NCBI GenBank assembly: GCA_963729175.1
Contig: CAVSMY010000009.1
Span: 158,365 to 222,364 of the forward strand
Origin: an uncultured Chloroflexia bacterium
GTDB taxonomy: Bacteria > Chloroflexota > Limnocylindria > Limnocylindrales > CSP1-4
Direction: 5' to 3'
Length of the DNA stretch: 64,000 nucleotides
The number at the start of each line of letters is the position of its first letter. Within the stretch, counting starts at the first letter, position 1. Position numbers and translations under genes: made by a program. Positions 47,648 through 56,428 of this stretch are shown here, piece by piece. The notes beneath the pieces are model-generated. The model did no database searches, had not been told where the DNA came from, and saw nothing but the letters and a program-made list of their open reading frames with translations.

Positions 47648-48515
47648 ACGCCCCGGCGCCGAGATCGGCCAGCATCGCCGCGATGGCCTCGTAGGTCGCC
47701 TCGTCGCGCCAGTAGTGGCTGTGGATCGCCGGGAAGGCGGCGCCGTCGGTGCCCTGGACATCGCGCAACGCGGCGCGTGGCCGGACGGCATCGCCGAAGA
47801 TCGGCCCGGCCGGGAACGACAGGTAGTCATCGGGATTCCAGACGTTCAGCCACGGGACGAACGGCCGGAGCGGCGCCGGCCCGCTCCGACGGAGCTCGCC
47901 CAGGGCGTCGCAGGCGAGCAGGAACGGTGACTGTGAGCCGACCGTCGCGAGCAGGTCGACGCTGGCCGGCATGCCGTGGACGAGCCGCTTCGCGAGCGTA
48001 TCGACGAGGATGATCCCGCCCAGCGACAAGCCGACCGCGACGACGGGTCGGCCGTCCGCCTCCTCGGCGATCGTGTCGAGTTGGGCCGACACGTAGCCCG
48101 TGATCTCGTCGGGGCGGCGGAGATACGACAAGACGTCGACGAAGACCGCCAGCGTCTCGATGGTGAGGACTCGGCTGTAGAGCCAGCGCAGGAGCGTCCG
48201 CTCGCCAAGGATCGCGCCGCCGCTCGACGGCCGGACCTCGACCGTCCGGCCCGCTTCGGCGTCCTCGACGATCGCATCGATCCTGTCCATCGCCCGCCGC
48301 TCTGCCGCCGTGCGGCCCTTCTGGAACCGGCGGGTCACGAGCCATTCGAGATCGGAGGGTCGGACGTCGATGCCGTACGCCCGACCCCAGTCGATCGGCC
48401 GCAAGTCCGCCGCGATCCCATGGCGGGCGAGCCCCGCCTCGATATCGGGGCGCTCTTCGTCGGCACTCCGGTCCGACGCGCCGTAGACGAACGGGACGAC
48501 GATCTCGGTTGCCAT
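47610..48515 (-). CDS. alpha/beta-hydrolase-like protein
   Basis: 301 aa. GLSLGG nucleophile-elbow-like motif. No signal peptide. Confidence 0.55.
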   Translation of the reverse strand: MATEIVVPFVYGASDRSADEERPDIEAGLARHGIAADLRPIDWGRAYGIDVRPSDLEWLVTRRFQKGRTAAERRAMDRIDAIVEDAEAGRTVEVRPSSGGAILGERTLLRWLYSRVLTIETLAVFVDVLSYLRRPDEITGYVSAQLDTIAEEADGRPVVAVGLSLGGIILVDTLAKRLVHGMPASVDLLATVGSQSPFLLACDALGELRRSGPAPLRPFVPWLNVWNPDDYLSFPAGPIFGDAVRPRAALRDVQGTDGAAFPAIHSHYWRDEATYEAIAAMLADLGAGAFSPRRRARPSAS

Positions 48516-48604
48516 GCGGTCATGGTGCCACGGGCTGGTGACAGCTCCGCTGTCCGGGGCATCAGCTCGGACGGCTCGACACCTGCGCGTCGAGCCGCGG
48601 CGGC

Positions 48605-49054
48605 CTACCGACCCCGGGTCGAGACGACGAGCAGAAGGAACGACGTCTCCAGGACATCGACCGCGGCGATGATCCCGGCGACGACCAGCGGCAGCGGCGA
48701 GGCGAGGAGCCAGCCGAGCCCGGCCGCGAACGACGCGACGGCGAGGAACGCCAGCCGGATGCCCCGGAGCATCACGACCGGGTCCGCGTCCCGAAGGTCG
48801 GTCCGGTCGGGGCCATCGCCCCGGGCGGCCTGGAATCGGTCGACCGACAGCCGCGCCAGCCGAAGCCCGAGCAGCACCGACGCCGCGACGAGGAAGGCGC
48901 GGACGAGCGCCGGCGGCGTGACGATCGCCTCGAGGATGTCGCCCTCCCCCACGAGCGCGGCGCCGACGATGGCCCCGAGCGCCGCGAGGCCGAGAAGCGC
49001 CGTCGTGAGACGGGGACCCGGTCGCGGGACGGCGCCGGTCGTCTCGTCGGTCAC
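48605..49054 (-). CDS. membrane protein (4 TM), last gene of the CysO operon
   Basis: GTG 49054 overlaps the mec stop (GTGA). Hydrophobic helices throughout. Confidence 0.55.
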   Translation of the reverse strand: MTDETTGAVPRPGPRLTTALLGLAALGAIVGAALVGEGDILEAIVTPPALVRAFLVAASVLLGLRLARLSVDRFQAARGDGPDRTDLRDADPVVMLRGIRLAFLAVASFAAGLGWLLASPLPLVVAGIIAAVDVLETSFLLLVVSTRGR

Positions 49055-49530
49055 GTCGCGCGCGGCTCCGCCGCGATCGGGCTCGCCGCGATCGGGCTCG
49101 CCGCGAGCTCGACTTCGGTCACGGTCTCGCGCTCGATCCGCCAGGCACGCACGGACGGCCGTCCGCTGGCCGCGTCGGCCTGGTCCGCAGCGAGCGAGAC
49201 GAGGACATACAGCGCTTCGGGGTAGAACGCCAGGCCGACATCGGTCGGGCTCGGGATCGCCGGCGATCGGACGTGGCTGTGGACGATCGCCCAGAAGACG
49301 CGGTCGGCGTCCTCGGTCGCCATCGTCAGCCGCAGCAGGTCCTGCGGGTCGATCTCATAGCGGTACGGCGAGGCGGCGGCGTTGCGAGCCGGCTCCCAGG
49401 TCAGGGCGATCCCGCCCTCCGTCGCCGGTCGGTCGCCGATGATGAGCCCGCATGCCTCGTTCGGGTACTCCGCCCGGGCGTGGTCGATGATCGCGTCCCG
49501 GATCGCCTCGGGCAGGGCGACCGTCACCAC
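49051..49530 (-). CDS. mec: JAMM/MPN+ metalloprotease (Mec-type CysO-cysteine peptidase)
   Basis: NEACG Glu motif plus HSHVRSPAIPSPTD (HxHx7Sx2D). Confidence 0.85.
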   Translation of the reverse strand: MVTVALPEAIRDAIIDHARAEYPNEACGLIIGDRPATEGGIALTWEPARNAAASPYRYEIDPQDLLRLTMATEDADRVFWAIVHSHVRSPAIPSPTDVGLAFYPEALYVLVSLAADQADAASGRPSVRAWRIERETVTEVELAASPIAASPIAAEPRAT

Positions 49531-50523
49531 CAGTTCACGCCCCCCTCGAGGTCGGCCTCCATCTCGTCGAAGTCACGGGTGAACGTGCCGACCGAGAGGT
49601 ACTTCCAGCCGCCGTCGGGGAGGAGGACGACGATCGTCCCGGAGTCCATCGTCCAGGGCCACCCGCGCCGCGGCGACCAGGACCGCACCGCACGACGGCC
49701 CGGCGAAGATCCCCTCCCGGAAGACGAGGTCGCGCAGGGCGGCGATCGCGTCGCGGTTCGAGACGAGGAACTTCCCGTCGAGCAGGCACGGGTCGAAGAT
49801 CTCCGGCACGAAGCCCTCGTCCAGCGAGCGGAGCCCCTGGACGTTCTCGCCCGGCAGCGGCTCGGCGGCGTAGATGCGCACGCCCGGCTTGTGCTCGCGC
49901 AGGTAGCGCGACACGCCCATGAGGGTGCCGCTGGTCCCGAGGCCGGCGACGAACACATCGATCTCCGGGCAATCGGCGAGGATCTCCGGACCGGTCGTCT
50001 CGTAGTGGGCCAGCGGGTTGGCGGCGTTGCCGTACTGGTACGGCATCACGAACCGCGGGTCCTTCGCGACGAGGTGCTTGGCCAGGGCGATCGCGCCGTT
50101 CGAGCCGAGCGCCCCGGGCGAGTCGATGATCTCAGCGCCGTAGAGGGCCGCCATCTGGCGCCGTTCCGCGGTGACGTTGTCGGGCATCACGAGCGCGACG
50201 CGATAGCCCTTCCGGCGCCCGATCATCGCCAGGGCGATGCCGGTGTTGCCCGACGTCGGCTCGAGGATGATCGAGTCGGGCCCCAGGACGCCGCGGGCCT
50301 CGAGGTCCGCCACGAGGTACTTCGCGACCCGGTCCTTGACCGACCCGGTCGGGTTGTACATCTCGAGCTTGGCGTAGATCGAGACGGCCGGGTTCGGGCT
50401 CATCCGGGGGATCCGGACGAGCGGCGTGTGGCCGATCGCCTCGAGGACGTCCTCGTGCCGCCCGCCGTGGGGCGGGGCGTCGTCGTGGTCGTGGATCGGC
50501 GCGACCGCGCGCAGCGCGGACAT
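49524..50523 (-). pseudogene. cysM: cysteine synthase CysM-type (PLP), frame broken at about 49650
   Basis: NPTGSVKDR PLP-lysine motif and TSGNTG. The C-terminus MDSGTIVVLLPDGGWKYLSVGTF...NWW* is in the next frame. Confidence 0.9.
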
Positions 50524-50531
50524 CGTCGGTC

Positions 50532-50804
50532 CTAGCCGCCCGCCATCGCCGGCAGGATCATCACGATGTCGGCGTCGCTCACGGTGGTCCCGAGACCCCC
50601 GAGGTATCGGACGTCCTGGCCGTCGACGTAGACATTGACGAACCGGTTCAACTCGCCTTCATCGGAGAAGAGCTGGGCCTTGAGGCTCGGGTGGGCCGTG
50701 GTCAGCGCCCCGAGGACGTCTTCCAGCGAGCCCGCCGGCACGTCGACCTGCTTCGCACCGCCGACCTGGGCGCGCAGGACCGGCGGGATCCGGACCGCGG
50801 TCAC
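50532..50804 (-). CDS. cysO: ubiquitin-like sulfur carrier protein (CysO/MoaD/ThiS family), ends in GG
   Basis: VTAVRIPPVLRAQVGGAKQVDV...RFVNVYVDGQDVRYLGGLGT...ILPAMAGG*. The internal GTG at 50804 is the expected start. In this assembly it is in frame with the upstream E1 ORF. Confidence 0.8.
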   Translation of the reverse strand: MTAVRIPPVLRAQVGGAKQVDVPAGSLEDVLGALTTAHPSLKAQLFSDEGELNRFVNVYVDGQDVRYLGGLGTTVSDADIVMILPAMAGG

Positions 50805-52046
50805 GCAGCACCACCGACGCCGCTGACGCCGCCGCCCACTCCGACCGCCCACTCCGTCCCCGAGGACGAAGACGCCGCCATCGCCGGGCGAGGAGACCGA
50901 CAGCGGCGTGCCGGCGGCTCGCGCCGCGACCGCGGCGTCGGAGCAGACCGGGCAGGCAGGGTCGCGCTTGAGCCGCAGCTCGGTGAACGAGGCGTCGAGG
51001 GCATCGAACAGCAGCAGCCGACCGACCAGCGTGTCACCGATCCCGAGGATCAGCTTGAGGACCTCGTTGGCCTGGAGCAGACCCATGATCCCGGGCACGA
51101 CGCCCAGGACACCCGCGACCGAGCAGCCAGGCGCGAGCTCGGGCGGCGGCGGGGTCGGGTAGAGGCAGCGGTAGCACGGGCCCTCGTACGGCTTGAAGAC
51201 CGTCAGCTGACCCTCGAACCGGAAGACCGAGGCATGGACGACCGGGATGCCGGCGATGACGGCCGCGTCGTTGAGGGCGTAGCGCGTCTCGAACGTGTCG
51301 GTGCCATCGAGGATCACGTCGTAGCCGGCGATGATCTCGTCGACGTTCGCCTCGGTCAGCATCACCTCGTGGGCGACGACGGTCACCTCGGGGTTGAGCG
51401 CGGCGATGGTCTTGCGGGCCGACTCGACCTTGCGCTCCCCGACCCGGTCGGTCGTGTGGAGGATCTGGCGCTGGAGGTTGCTCACGTCGACGACGTCGAA
51501 GTCGACGATGCCGATCGTGCCCACACCCGCGGCCGCGAGGTACAGCGCGGCCGGGCTGCCGAGCCCGCCGGCCCCGACGAGCAGGACCTTCGACTCGAGG
51601 AGGGTCGCCTGGCCCTCGGTCCCGACCTCCGGGATCAGGAGATGGCGGCTGTAGCGCTGCTTCTGGGCATCGCTGAGGACGCGCGGCGCCTGCCACGGCA
51701 GGCCCTGCCCCTTCCACTGCTGGAAGCCACCCGACATCGAGGCGACGTTCGTGTAGCCCATCGACTGGAGGGTCTGGGCGGCGAACAGCGACCGGATGCC
51801 GCCGGCGCAGTAGAGGATCACCGGCGCGGCCCGATCGGGCACCGCCGCCTCGATGTCCTGCTCGATGTAGCTCTTTCCGACGTGGACGGCGCCGGTCGCG
51901 TGGCCGGCCTCCCATTCGGAGGTCTCGCGGACGTCCACGAGGACCGTCCGGGGATCCTGGTCACGGGCCAGGTCGGCCTCGACGGCGCTGATCTCCCGTA
52001 CGTCGGCGCGAGCCTCGCGGAGGAGGTCGGCATAGGACTTGGGCAT
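50805..52046 (-). CDS. rhodanese::ThiF/MoeB-type E1-like adenylyltransferase/sulfurtransferase (MoeZ-like, domain order reversed); no stop before cysO
   Basis: N-terminal rhodanese domain (active site CAGGIRS). ThiF fold LLVGAGGLGSPAALYLAAAGVG. Two CxxC pairs (CYRC, CPVC). The ORF 50532-52046 runs straight into cysO. Confidence 0.85.
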
Positions 52047-52198
52047 CGGTGGGTGACTCCGGGTGATGGTCGACGGGCTGCCGACGGGAGCCGGCAGGGC
52101 GGAAAGGGGTGCGAGGGAGCGGCGGTCGCGCCGGCGTCAGGCCGGCAGCGGACACCTGCAGCGGCGCGTCGCGGTCATGCCTGCGCCGTGCGTCGCCG

Positions 52199-52606
52199 TC
52201 ATGCCTCGGCCTCGACGGCGGTCCGGGTCGCTTGTTCGTCGGTGACCTCGGCGATCGCCTTCTGGAGCGTGTCGTGGCTGAGCATCGCGCACTTGAGGCG
52301 GGCCGGGCTGATCTCGATCCCGAGCAGGTCCAGCAGGTCGTCGGCGCGGAAGCCCGCGACCTCAGCGACCGACTTGCCCTTGACCTCGTCGGTCAGGAGG
52401 CTCGCGCTCGCCTGGCTGATCGCGCAACCGCGGCCGGTGAAGGCCACCTGGTCCACGACCCCGTCGGCGACGTGCACCTGGAGAGTGATCCGATCGCCGC
52501 ACAGCGGGTTGCTGCCCTCGATGCTCGCGGAGGGCTGCTCGAGCGTCCCGAAGTTGTGGGGCCGCCGATAGTGCTCGAGGATGTAGTCGCGGTACAGGTC
52601 GTCCAT
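52199..52606 (-). CDS. sufU: SUF Fe-S cluster assembly scaffold/sulfur acceptor SufU (NifU/IscU-like)
   Basis: NPLCGD...GRGCAIS...KCAMLS cysteine ligand pattern. 135 aa. Confidence 0.85.
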   Translation of the reverse strand: MDDLYRDYILEHYRRPHNFGTLEQPSASIEGSNPLCGDRITLQVHVADGVVDQVAFTGRGCAISQASASLLTDEVKGKSVAEVAGFRADDLLDLLGIEISPARLKCAMLSHDTLQKAIAEVTDEQATRTAVEAEA

Positions 52607-52634
52607 CTCGGTTCCCGAGTGTATCGCGTTCCCA

Positions 52635-52659
52635 CAATCCCGACCAGTGGGGTCGGGAT
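52635..52659. promoter_or_regulatory. palindrome AATCCCGAC-N7-GTCGGGATT upstream of sufU (candidate Rrf2 operator)
   Basis: Read directly. 29 nt upstream of the sufU ATG. Same arms and spacer length as 57907-57933. Confidence 0.7.
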
Positions 52660-52704
52660 TGACGAGCGCACCCGTCTCTGCGGGCGCCGCGGTAGGCTGC
52701 CGCC

Positions 52705-53283
52705 ATGGGGTTCGAGGTCGACCCGCAACGACTCGGCCGCGGTGGATCCGGTCGGCGGATCGGCGGGGTCGTCCTCGCGAGCGTGGCGGTCATCGCCCTC
52801 GCCGTCGTCACGATGCGCCCCGGCGCGTCCGGGACCGATGTTCGACGAGCGGCAAGTACCGATGCGCGCGCATCGGACTCGGCGGTCAGCGGCGCATCGG
52901 CCTCCGGCCTCGCCGCAGTCGGCCCGTCAGCGAGCCCGACGACCTCAGTCGCGCTCGGCCGACCCATCCCACCGACATCGGCGATCGAATGCCACGACAT
53001 CAGTGCGCTCCTGTGCCGCCGGATCGTCCAGGCGACGATGCGGATCATCCCGGCCTCGTTGCCGCCGGTGGCGAAGGTCGCTGTCTGGCCCTCGCTCCTG
53101 TGCGGCGACGCATCGGACTGCCCGCCGTCCCGGCTCGCGGGTCGAGAGAAGCTCGGCAGCGCGGTCGTGACGTTCGAGCCGACGCAGATCACTGCTTGGG
53201 CGAACGTCGTGGGCCCTCCCCGATCGCCCGGGTCGCTCGCCCGGCCGCAACCGATCGCCTGGGTCATCCGCGTCGGCACTTGA
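52705..53283 (+). CDS. hypothetical membrane-anchored protein
   Basis: N-terminal TM helix (IGGVVLASVAVIALAVV), Ser/Ala-rich linker and Cys-containing C-terminal domain. No family recognised. Confidence 0.4.
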   Translation: MGFEVDPQRLGRGGSGRRIGGVVLASVAVIALAVVTMRPGASGTDVRRAASTDARASDSAVSGASASGLAAVGPSASPTTSVALGRPIPPTSAIECHDISALLCRRIVQATMRIIPASLPPVAKVAVWPSLLCGDASDCPPSRLAGREKLGSAVVTFEPTQITAWANVVGPPRSPGSLARPQPIAWVIRVGT

Positions 53284-53335
53284 GCTGAGCCGGTCTCGCA
53301 CGCGGCGCGCCGGGCTGGCGAGCGGCGACTGACCC

Positions 53336-53797
53336 TCAGCCCGCCCCGTGGCGAGCGCGGCGGATCTGGTCGGCGTGGTCGTGGGGATGGGCCGCGTAGA
53401 TCTCGAGCCAGCGCATCACGGAGTACGGGCCGCCGACCGAGTGCGTCCCGGTGCGCGCGAACTCGCCCGGCGACATCGCCTCGAGGAGCTGAAGGGTCGA
53501 CGCGCGGACCGTCCGCAGGACCTCGAGCGACGGCTCGATCGGCCGGTCGTAGTGGAGGCGGCGGGCGTACTCGGGCTCGTCGTAGTCGAGGATCAACGGC
53601 TCATCCTCGGCGACCAGCCGCCGGATCCGGACGTACGAGCGCGCCTCCCCGTCGGCGAGGTGATGGACGATCTGGCGGACGGTCCAGTCCTCGCCCGGCT
53701 GCGCCCGATCAAGCTCCTCGTCGGTGATCCCGTCGAGCGCCTCGACGACATCGTCGTAGCCGGTCCGATACGCGTCGAGCAGCGTCGTCCTGTCCAT
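53336..53797 (-). CDS. DinB family protein
   Basis: IVHHLADGE ... AAHPHDHADQI histidine triad pattern. ATG 53797. Confidence 0.8.
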   Translation of the reverse strand: MDRTTLLDAYRTGYDDVVEALDGITDEELDRAQPGEDWTVRQIVHHLADGEARSYVRIRRLVAEDEPLILDYDEPEYARRLHYDRPIEPSLEVLRTVRASTLQLLEAMSPGEFARTGTHSVGGPYSVMRWLEIYAAHPHDHADQIRRARHGAG

Positions 53798-53889
53798 CGT
53801 CGGATGGTGCCACACCCGCCGCTCGGCCCGGCCGACCGCCTCTCCGGCCGGCACCCGTGTGCGATGCTCTGCCGACAAGGAGGCCAGCC

Positions 53890-54831
53890 ATGGCCGATCG
53901 CCCGAACGGACTGACGGATGACCAGGTGAAGCGCCTGGGTCAGATGCACGAGATGATCGAGCCGCTGCGGGTGGGCCCGGGGCAGAAGATCCGGCTGCCG
54001 CACGACTACGACCCGCGCTGGACGGCCGACTTCGTCAAGAAGGAGGACGCCACCGAAACCCTCGAGCGCAGCGTCGAGTTCCTCTCGGAGTACCAGACCC
54101 GCCTCGCGGCCCAGGACAGATACGGCCTGCTCGTCGTGATCCAGGGGATGGACGCCGCAGGGAAGGACGGGACGATCCGGCACGTCATGAGCGGGGTGAA
54201 TCCCCAGGGCGTCAGCGTCTCGGCATTCAAGGTCCCCTCGACCGAGGAGCTTGATCACGACTATCTCTGGCGCTGTGCCCTGCGCCTGCCCCGGCGCGGC
54301 GAGATCGGGATCTTCAATCGCTCGTACTACGAAGAGGTGCTGGTCGTCCGCGTCCATCCGCAGATCCTCGCGTCGCAGCGGCTGCCCGAGGCGTCGAAGG
54401 GCAAGGACGTCTGGGATCGCAGGTATCGCGAGATCAACGACTGGGAGCGCTACCTCGTCGACAACGGGATCCGGATCGTCAAGCTCTTCCTCAACGTCTC
54501 GCCGGACGAGCAGAAGCGACGGTTCCTGCGTCGGATCGACGAGCCGGAGCGGAACTGGAAGTTCTCCGCGGCCGACGTCCGGGAGCGCCAGCACTGGGAC
54601 GAATACCAGAACGCGTACGCCGACATGCTCAGCGAGACGAGCACCGACAACGCCCCGTGGTACGTGATCCCGGCCGACCGCAAGTGGTTCATGCGGGTCG
54701 CCGCTGGCGCCGTCATCCTCGATGCGCTGGTCAAGATCGACCCGCAATATCCGGTCGTCCCACCGGAGGCGAAGGCCGACATGGAGACGGCCAAGGCCGA
54801 GCTCCTCGCCGAGGACGGCGGCTCCGACTGA
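53890..54831 (+). CDS. ppk2: polyphosphate kinase 2 family (polyphosphate:nucleotide phosphotransferase)
   Basis: VIQGMDAAGKDG Walker-A-like motif and IFNRSYYE. Strong RBS AAGGAGG before ATG 53890. Confidence 0.9.
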   Translation: MADRPNGLTDDQVKRLGQMHEMIEPLRVGPGQKIRLPHDYDPRWTADFVKKEDATETLERSVEFLSEYQTRLAAQDRYGLLVVIQGMDAAGKDGTIRHVMSGVNPQGVSVSAFKVPSTEELDHDYLWRCALRLPRRGEIGIFNRSYYEEVLVVRVHPQILASQRLPEASKGKDVWDRRYREINDWERYLVDNGIRIVKLFLNVSPDEQKRRFLRRIDEPERNWKFSAADVRERQHWDEYQNAYADMLSETSTDNAPWYVIPADRKWFMRVAAGAVILDALVKIDPQYPVVPPEAKADMETAKAELLAEDGGSD

Positions 54832-54897
54832 CCCCGGCACCCGCAGCCGCGGGTCCCGCGCCCCGCCAGGTCGCTCGCCCGCTCCCACTCCGCGCCG

Positions 54898-55094
54898 TTG
54901 CATCACCTGCAAGAAACCGGGCCGACGTTGCACCGGATGCACGGAACCGACCGAGACGCCGTTCGTGCCGCGGCGGCGTTGCACGCGATGCAAGATCCGG
55001 ACTCAAGCCGCGTGTTCCTTGCACCGGATGAAACGAACCAGACCGGATCCAGCCCTCGGGCCTTTCAACCGTCACTTCCGTGCACCTGGTGCAA
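54898..55094. repeat. array of five 15-bp TTGCA-N5-TGCAA-type palindromic sites
   Basis: Sites at 54898 (TTGCAtcaccTGCAA), 54928 (TTGCAccggaTGCAc), 54979 (TTGCAcgcgaTGCAA), 55019 (TTGCAccggaTGaAA) and 55080 (gTGCAcctggTGCAA). Spacings are 30, 51, 40 and 61 bp. Confidence 0.7.
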
Positions 55095-55134
55095 CAGCGG
55101 GCGACGCTCCGGCTGCGCGGGCCGGTGACGCCCG

Positions 55135-56411
55135 CTACGCGCCGAAGAGCGCGATGACCTCCCGGAGCCCCGCGACCAGGGCATCGACGTCCTCGCGGGT
55201 CGAGTAGACGTTGAACGACGCCCGCGCGGTCGCCGCCAGGTCGAGCCGCTCGTGGAGCGGCATCGTGCAGTGGTGGCCGGCCCGAACGCAGACGCCGGAG
55301 CGGTCCAGGACCTGGGCGACATCGTGCGGGTGGACGCCCGGGATGTTGAAGGGGATGACCCCGCCCCGCAGGTCGGGATCCATCGGGCCGTACAGCTCCA
55401 GCTGCGGCAGCTCGCGCGGGAGCAGCTCGAGGGCATAGGCGACCAGCTCGCGCTCGTGGTCGCGGACGCGATCCATCCCGATGTCCATCAGGTACTCGGC
55501 CGCCGCGCCCAGGCCGATCGCCGCGGCGATGTCCGGCGTGCCCGCCTCGAACTTCCAGGGGATGTCGTTCCACTCCGAGCGGCGGAGGTGGACCTCCCGG
55601 ATCATCTCGCCCCCGCCGAGGAACGGCGGCATCGCCTCGAGCAGCTCGCGCCGGGCCCACAGCACCCCCGACCCGGTCGGGCCGAGCATCTTGTGGCCGC
55701 TGAAGGCGTAGAAGTCGGCGCCGATGTCCTGGATATCGACGGCCAGATGCGGTACCGCCTGGGCGCCGTCCAGCAGGACCAGTGCGCCGGCCTCGTGCGC
55801 CCGCTCGACGATCTCGCGGACCGGGTTGATCGTGCCCAGGGTGTTCGAGACGTGGGTCAGGGCGACGAGCTTCGGCTTGAGCCGCAGCAGGACGTCGAGG
55901 ATCTCGAGCCGCAGGACCCCGTCGTCGGTGATCGGGATGAACTCGAGGTCGGCGTCCTTCTCCTGGACCAGGAGCTGCCACGGGACGAGGTTCGCGTGGT
56001 GCTCCATCTCGGTCAGGACGATCGCGTCGCCCCGCTCGATGTGGCGCCGGCCCCAGGTGTTGGCGACGAGGTTGATCGCCTCGGTCGCGTTCCGGGTGAA
56101 GACGATCTCGTGGCTGTCGGGGGCGTTGATGAACCGCCCGGCGATCGCCCGGGCGTGCTCGTAGGCCGCCGTCGAACGCTCGCCGATCTCGTAGATCCCG
56201 CGATGGACGTTGGCGTTGTACTCGCGGTAGAAGCCGTCGATCGCATCGATCACGACCTGCGGCTTCTGGCTCGTGGAGGCCGAAGTCGAGATAGACGATC
56301 GGATGGCCATGGACGCTCGTCCCCAGGAGCGGGAAATCGGCCCGGAGCGCGTACGGGTCGCAGCGGCTCGGGCCGCTCGGTGGTCGGTCGGATGCCGGTC
56401 TCGACGGCCAT
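55135..56411 (-). pseudogene. sufS: cysteine desulfurase SufS, 5' region broken at about 56360 and about 56283
   Basis: The body is intact (SGHKMLGPTG, RAGHHCTMP). The N-terminus MAVETGIRPTTERPEPL / DPYALRADFPLLGTSVHGHPIVYLD / SASTSQKPQ is spread over three frames. Confidence 0.9.
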
Positions 56412-56428
56412 CGCCGATCCTCGCCCGC

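Noticed and set aside
54898-55128. 76-aa ORF (MHHLQETGPTLHRMHG...), or a CRISPR-like array, as an explanation for the TTGCA repeats
   Set aside because: Only three of the five repeats are in the same frame. The ORF has no RBS and poor composition. The repeats are 15-bp dyads with irregular 15-46 bp gaps, and no cas genes are present, so this is not a CRISPR array.
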